Below, in pieces: positions 61,675 to 64,000 of a stretch of 64,000 nt of DNA. Each line of letters starts with the position of its first letter. Position 1 is the stretch's first letter. The position numbers and the translations under genes were made by a program. The notes under the pieces were generated by a model, which was not told where the DNA came from, made no database searches, and saw only the letters and a program-made list of their open reading frames with translations. This DNA is from Candidatus Dormiibacterota bacterium (lineage in GTDB: Bacteria; Chloroflexota; Dormibacteria; Aeolococcales; Bog-877): NCBI GenBank assembly GCA_049583555.1, contig JBAUWA010000095.1, forward strand, positions 6,533 to 70,532. Reading direction: 5' to 3'.

Positions 61675-61702
61675 CCTTACCGGCCTCGCTGGACCGGCTT
61701 CA
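61675..61702 (-). promoter_or_regulatory. Candidate PyrR-binding RNA motif in the pyrB leader
   Basis: The minus-strand leader reads ...GAAGCCGG-UCCAGCGAGGCC-GGUAAGGAG..., i.e. UCCAGCGAGGCC versus the PyrR binding-loop consensus UCCAGAGAGGCU. It is flanked by a CCGG/CCGG stem and followed by a perfect 8-bp GC hairpin (GGCGGCCG...CGGCCGCC, plus coordinates 61636-61660) just before the RBS. Confidence 0.45.
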
Positions 61703-61767
61703 AGGTCGCGTCGCGAGAAATCATAAGACCGGGCGGCCGGTGGCGGGTGCTGCCTTAGGGCGAGCCG

Positions 61768-62877
61768 CTATACGGCAGCGCCGGTGGCGGCGCCATCAGC
61801 CGACGCCAGCTCCAGATACGCGGCTCGCTCCTCAGGGGTGAGCGGCGTGCGGCCTGAGGGGACGATCTTGACTCTCAGAAAGAGGTCGCCCGGGGTGCCC
61901 GATGCCTTCAACGCGGGGATCCCTTTGCCCGGAACTCGAAGGACCCTCCCCGGCGGGCAGTTCTCGGGGATCGTCACCTCGAGTCGTCCGGTGGGGCCTT
62001 CGGCGACGACCTTGCCCCCCAGCGCCGCCCGGTAGTCGCGAACCGGCAGGTCTCGGTAGACGTTCCGCCCCTTGACCTCGGTACCAGCATCCAGTTGCAG
62101 GTGGACGACCAGGTAGAGGTCACCCCGCTTGCCGTTACCTGACCCGCTGGCGCCCTCCCCTGCCATCCGGATCTTGGAGCCTTCGGTGACTCCCTTGGGG
62201 ATGGTCACCTTGAGGGTCCGCCGACGGTACTGGCGGCCGGTGCCTTGACAGGTGGGGCAGATCTTGGCTCCGAACTGGCCAGGCCCTCCACCCGCTGACG
62301 TGTCGGGGACGTGTCCGGTGCCACCGCAGGTGGGACAGGGCTCGACGATCGACACATGCATGGTGCGCTCCCCACCCGAGACCGCCTCCGCCAGACTGAC
62401 CTCGACCTGGTCCTCGGTGTCGGGACCCTTCCGGGAAGCGTTCTCGGCTCGGAGCTGGTCTAGCTGGGCCTCGATCCAGGGGTCGCTCCCCTCGCTGCCG
62501 CGGCTGCCAAAGAAAGTCTCGAAGAAGTCGCTGAAGCCACCGAACCGTGCCCCTGCCCGTTCCGCAGTCCGTTGGGCCGTCTGTCGGGCCCGCGCCCCCG
62601 CTTCGGCGAAGGGCTGCTGTCCGTGTTCGCGGCGATAGGCCTCGGCCCGCTCGACCTGCTCCCAGTCCGCTCCCAGGCGGTCGTACTTGGAGCGCTTCTC
62701 GGGGTCCTTGAGGACCTCGTACGCCTCGTTCACCCGCTTGAAGCGCTCGGTCGCCTTGGGGTCCTTGTTGACGTCGGGGTGCAGTTCACGCGCCAGCTTG
62801 CGGTACTTGGCCCGAATCTCCTTGTCGGTCGCGGTCCGCGCCACCCCCAGGGTTGCGTAGTAGTCGCGGAACTCCAT
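61768..62877 (-). CDS. dnaJ: DnaJ-family co-chaperone (type I: J domain, Gly-rich region, Zn finger, C-terminal domains)
   Basis: J domain with HPD (YYATLGVARTATDKEIRAKYRKLARELHPDVNKD). Four CxxCxGxG repeats (CPTCGGTG, CPTCQGTG...). No dnaK or grpE adjacent. Confidence 0.85.
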   Translation of the reverse strand: MEFRDYYATLGVARTATDKEIRAKYRKLARELHPDVNKDPKATERFKRVNEAYEVLKDPEKRSKYDRLGADWEQVERAEAYRREHGQQPFAEAGARARQTAQRTAERAGARFGGFSDFFETFFGSRGSEGSDPWIEAQLDQLRAENASRKGPDTEDQVEVSLAEAVSGGERTMHVSIVEPCPTCGGTGHVPDTSAGGGPGQFGAKICPTCQGTGRQYRRRTLKVTIPKGVTEGSKIRMAGEGASGSGNGKRGDLYLVVHLQLDAGTEVKGRNVYRDLPVRDYRAALGGKVVAEGPTGRLEVTIPENCPPGRVLRVPGKGIPALKASGTPGDLFLRVKIVPSGRTPLTPEERAAYLELASADGAATGAAV

Positions 62878-63237
62878 TAGAAACAGCGTTCCAGGATCGA
62901 AAGCAGCCTCAAAACCTCGATTGAGTCATGAAGTCGGCAGCCAGCGGGGCCCGGCGTCAAGTTGGGATGCTGCCACTGGCCAAGAGTTGAGATCAGGTAG
63001 CCGCGAGTTGGGATGTTGTCGACCATGCCGCATCGAGGATACCCAGTGCCATGGAGATCAGACAGGCAAGAGCCGGCTGAGGCCGAAAGAGGCGGCTGAC
63101 CGCCCGCCGGCGCGGTTTGACCGGGAGAGGGTGCCCGCCGGGCACAGCCGCGGTTTCGATGTTCAGCCCGGGATTGGTAAGAGGTAACTAATTAGGCGTC
63201 GGCATGAGCGGGCAGCGCGACTCTCCCGCACCCCGTT

Positions 63238-63468
63238 CTACTCGCCCTGGCCTTCTGCCGGGTATCTCCTACCAACGTAGTGATAGGCAGTGTTAGTCAA
63301 TCGGTAGCTGGGCAGCACTTCACCCGTGTCAGAGACGACAATCGCGTACGTCGGAGATCCCGCATTGTCGGGATCCACTACCCAAGCTACGACGGTACCC
63401 GAAACCGCCGCGGCCGACATGGTGCCGGTAACTCGGACATCCGTTGCCGCCACCACGTGCTTAGCCAT
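63238..63468 (-). CDS. Possible small hypothetical protein (76 aa)
   Basis: ATG-initiated ORF in an otherwise gene-free stretch. GC3 is clearly lower than in neighbouring genes and there is no clear SD. It may be non-coding. Confidence 0.2.
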   Translation of the reverse strand: MAKHVVAATDVRVTGTMSAAAVSGTVVAWVVDPDNAGSPTYAIVVSDTGEVLPSYRLTNTAYHYVGRRYPAEGQGE

Positions 63469-63783
63469 TGCCCGGCTCGCTGGTTACCCCACTTGCCGCT
63501 GTCGGGTCCATCAGACCCTCTCCACCAGGTGTGAATCCCTCAATTTCTCCCCTGATTCATGCTTGTTTCTGGTCGACCAAAGTGGTGCAGAAGCGAGGAC
63601 GTACACGCTTTCATTCAGCCGGGCAGACATTGCTGGACGATGAATAGTAGGCAGAGTAGCCCGCAGTCTGCGCGTCAGTCCTTGCGCTGACCAGAAACGC
63701 CAAGTGCCAGCGATCCAGGGTCGTATGGCCCACCGGGTGGCATGTCGAAGATCAGGCGATTGATCGCTACGGGGCGCACCGCC

Positions 63784-64000
63784 ATTAAGAATCCGTCCCC
63801 ACCGCGAGGGGAATCTCCAGTTGCGAGCGGAGTTCGCGAACATAAGCCTCGAGGGGGGCTAGAAGGGACCCATCCGGGGCGCAGCACGGCCCCTCGAACC
63901 AGAGCCGGGCCAGCTCTCTGCCCGGACGGGAATGCTCCTGCACCAAGAGGCCGACCTGACCCGGCGCGGGTCCCCGAAGACCCAGCTCTGCCTCGGGGAT
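63784..64000 (-). CDS. 3' end of a minus-strand CDS continuing beyond the window (function unknown)
   Basis: Open frame with high GC3 from the window edge to a TAA stop at about 63784-63786 (…LAPLEAYVRELRSQLEIPLAVGTDS*). Too short to assign a family. Confidence 0.3.

Noticed and set aside
62905-62935. HAIR (HspR) or CIRCE (HrcA) operator upstream of dnaJ and hsp20.
   Set aside because: ACTCAA-N8-TTGAGG has its half-sites in the opposite order to the HAIR consensus (CTTGAGT-N7-ACTCAAG). No TTAGCACTC/GAGTGCTAA found. Reported only as a generic inverted repeat.
62878-63784. Search for housekeeping ncRNAs (RNase P RNA P4 motif AGGAAAGUCCGGGCUCC, tmRNA tag/TpsiC-CCA end, SRP RNA domain IV, 6S) in the large intergenic regions.
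   Set aside because: None of the hallmark conserved strings is present on either strand. A covariance-model scan would still be needed to exclude divergent ncRNAs.

Overview
This is a high-GC (about 68-70% GC, very high GC3), gene-dense chromosomal core segment. I found no integrase, transposase, phage gene or CRISPR array.

The + strand carries the 3' part of a purine operon (purQ partial, then purL, purF, purM, purN, purH, with ATGA-type overlaps). It is followed by a zinc-ribbon membrane protein and an HD-GYP c-di-GMP phosphodiesterase. Next come the glyoxylate-shunt operon aceA-aceB, a Cys-rich hypothetical, fused FO synthase fbiC (F420), recJ, a dienelactone hydrolase, and a sulfite-oxidase-family Mo enzyme with an unusual N-terminal membrane domain.

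The minus strand carries yggS-nrdR, an aldo/keto reductase, msrA, and a phosphate-type module (SixA-like phosphatase, PAS histidine kinase, phoU, OmpR-family regulator) that is divergent from ppx and a CHAD protein. Further along are tmk-darA (c-di-AMP receptor), an R3H/AAA ATPase, pdxST, and a DGPF plus ECF-sigma pair. A tRNA-Lys(UUU) follows.

The most unusual system is a translationally coupled three-gene operon at 40848-47049: a GltD/PreT-like NAD(P)H flavoprotein with a fused 2x[4Fe-4S] ferredoxin, a large single-polypeptide pyruvate:ferredoxin oxidoreductase (NifJ-like), and a PyrD-like (dihydroorotate dehydrogenase-like) protein lacking the catalytic motif.

The 3' part of the window is a minus-strand pyrimidine operon in the order pyrB-pyrR-pyrC-carA/carB-pyrK-pyrD. 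carA and carB are read as one continuous 1560-aa ORF in the sequence as given, with a PyrR-binding-loop-like motif in the leader. A DnaJ homolog and a 900-bp gene-poor, lower-GC region with direct and inverted repeats close the window.

The gene content (F420 biosynthesis, DGPF-ECF sigma, high GC) points to an Actinobacteria-like or Chloroflexi-like organism, but with Firmicutes-like traits: class 1B pyrK/pyrD, tmk-darA, and a cytoplasmic PhoR-like kinase.
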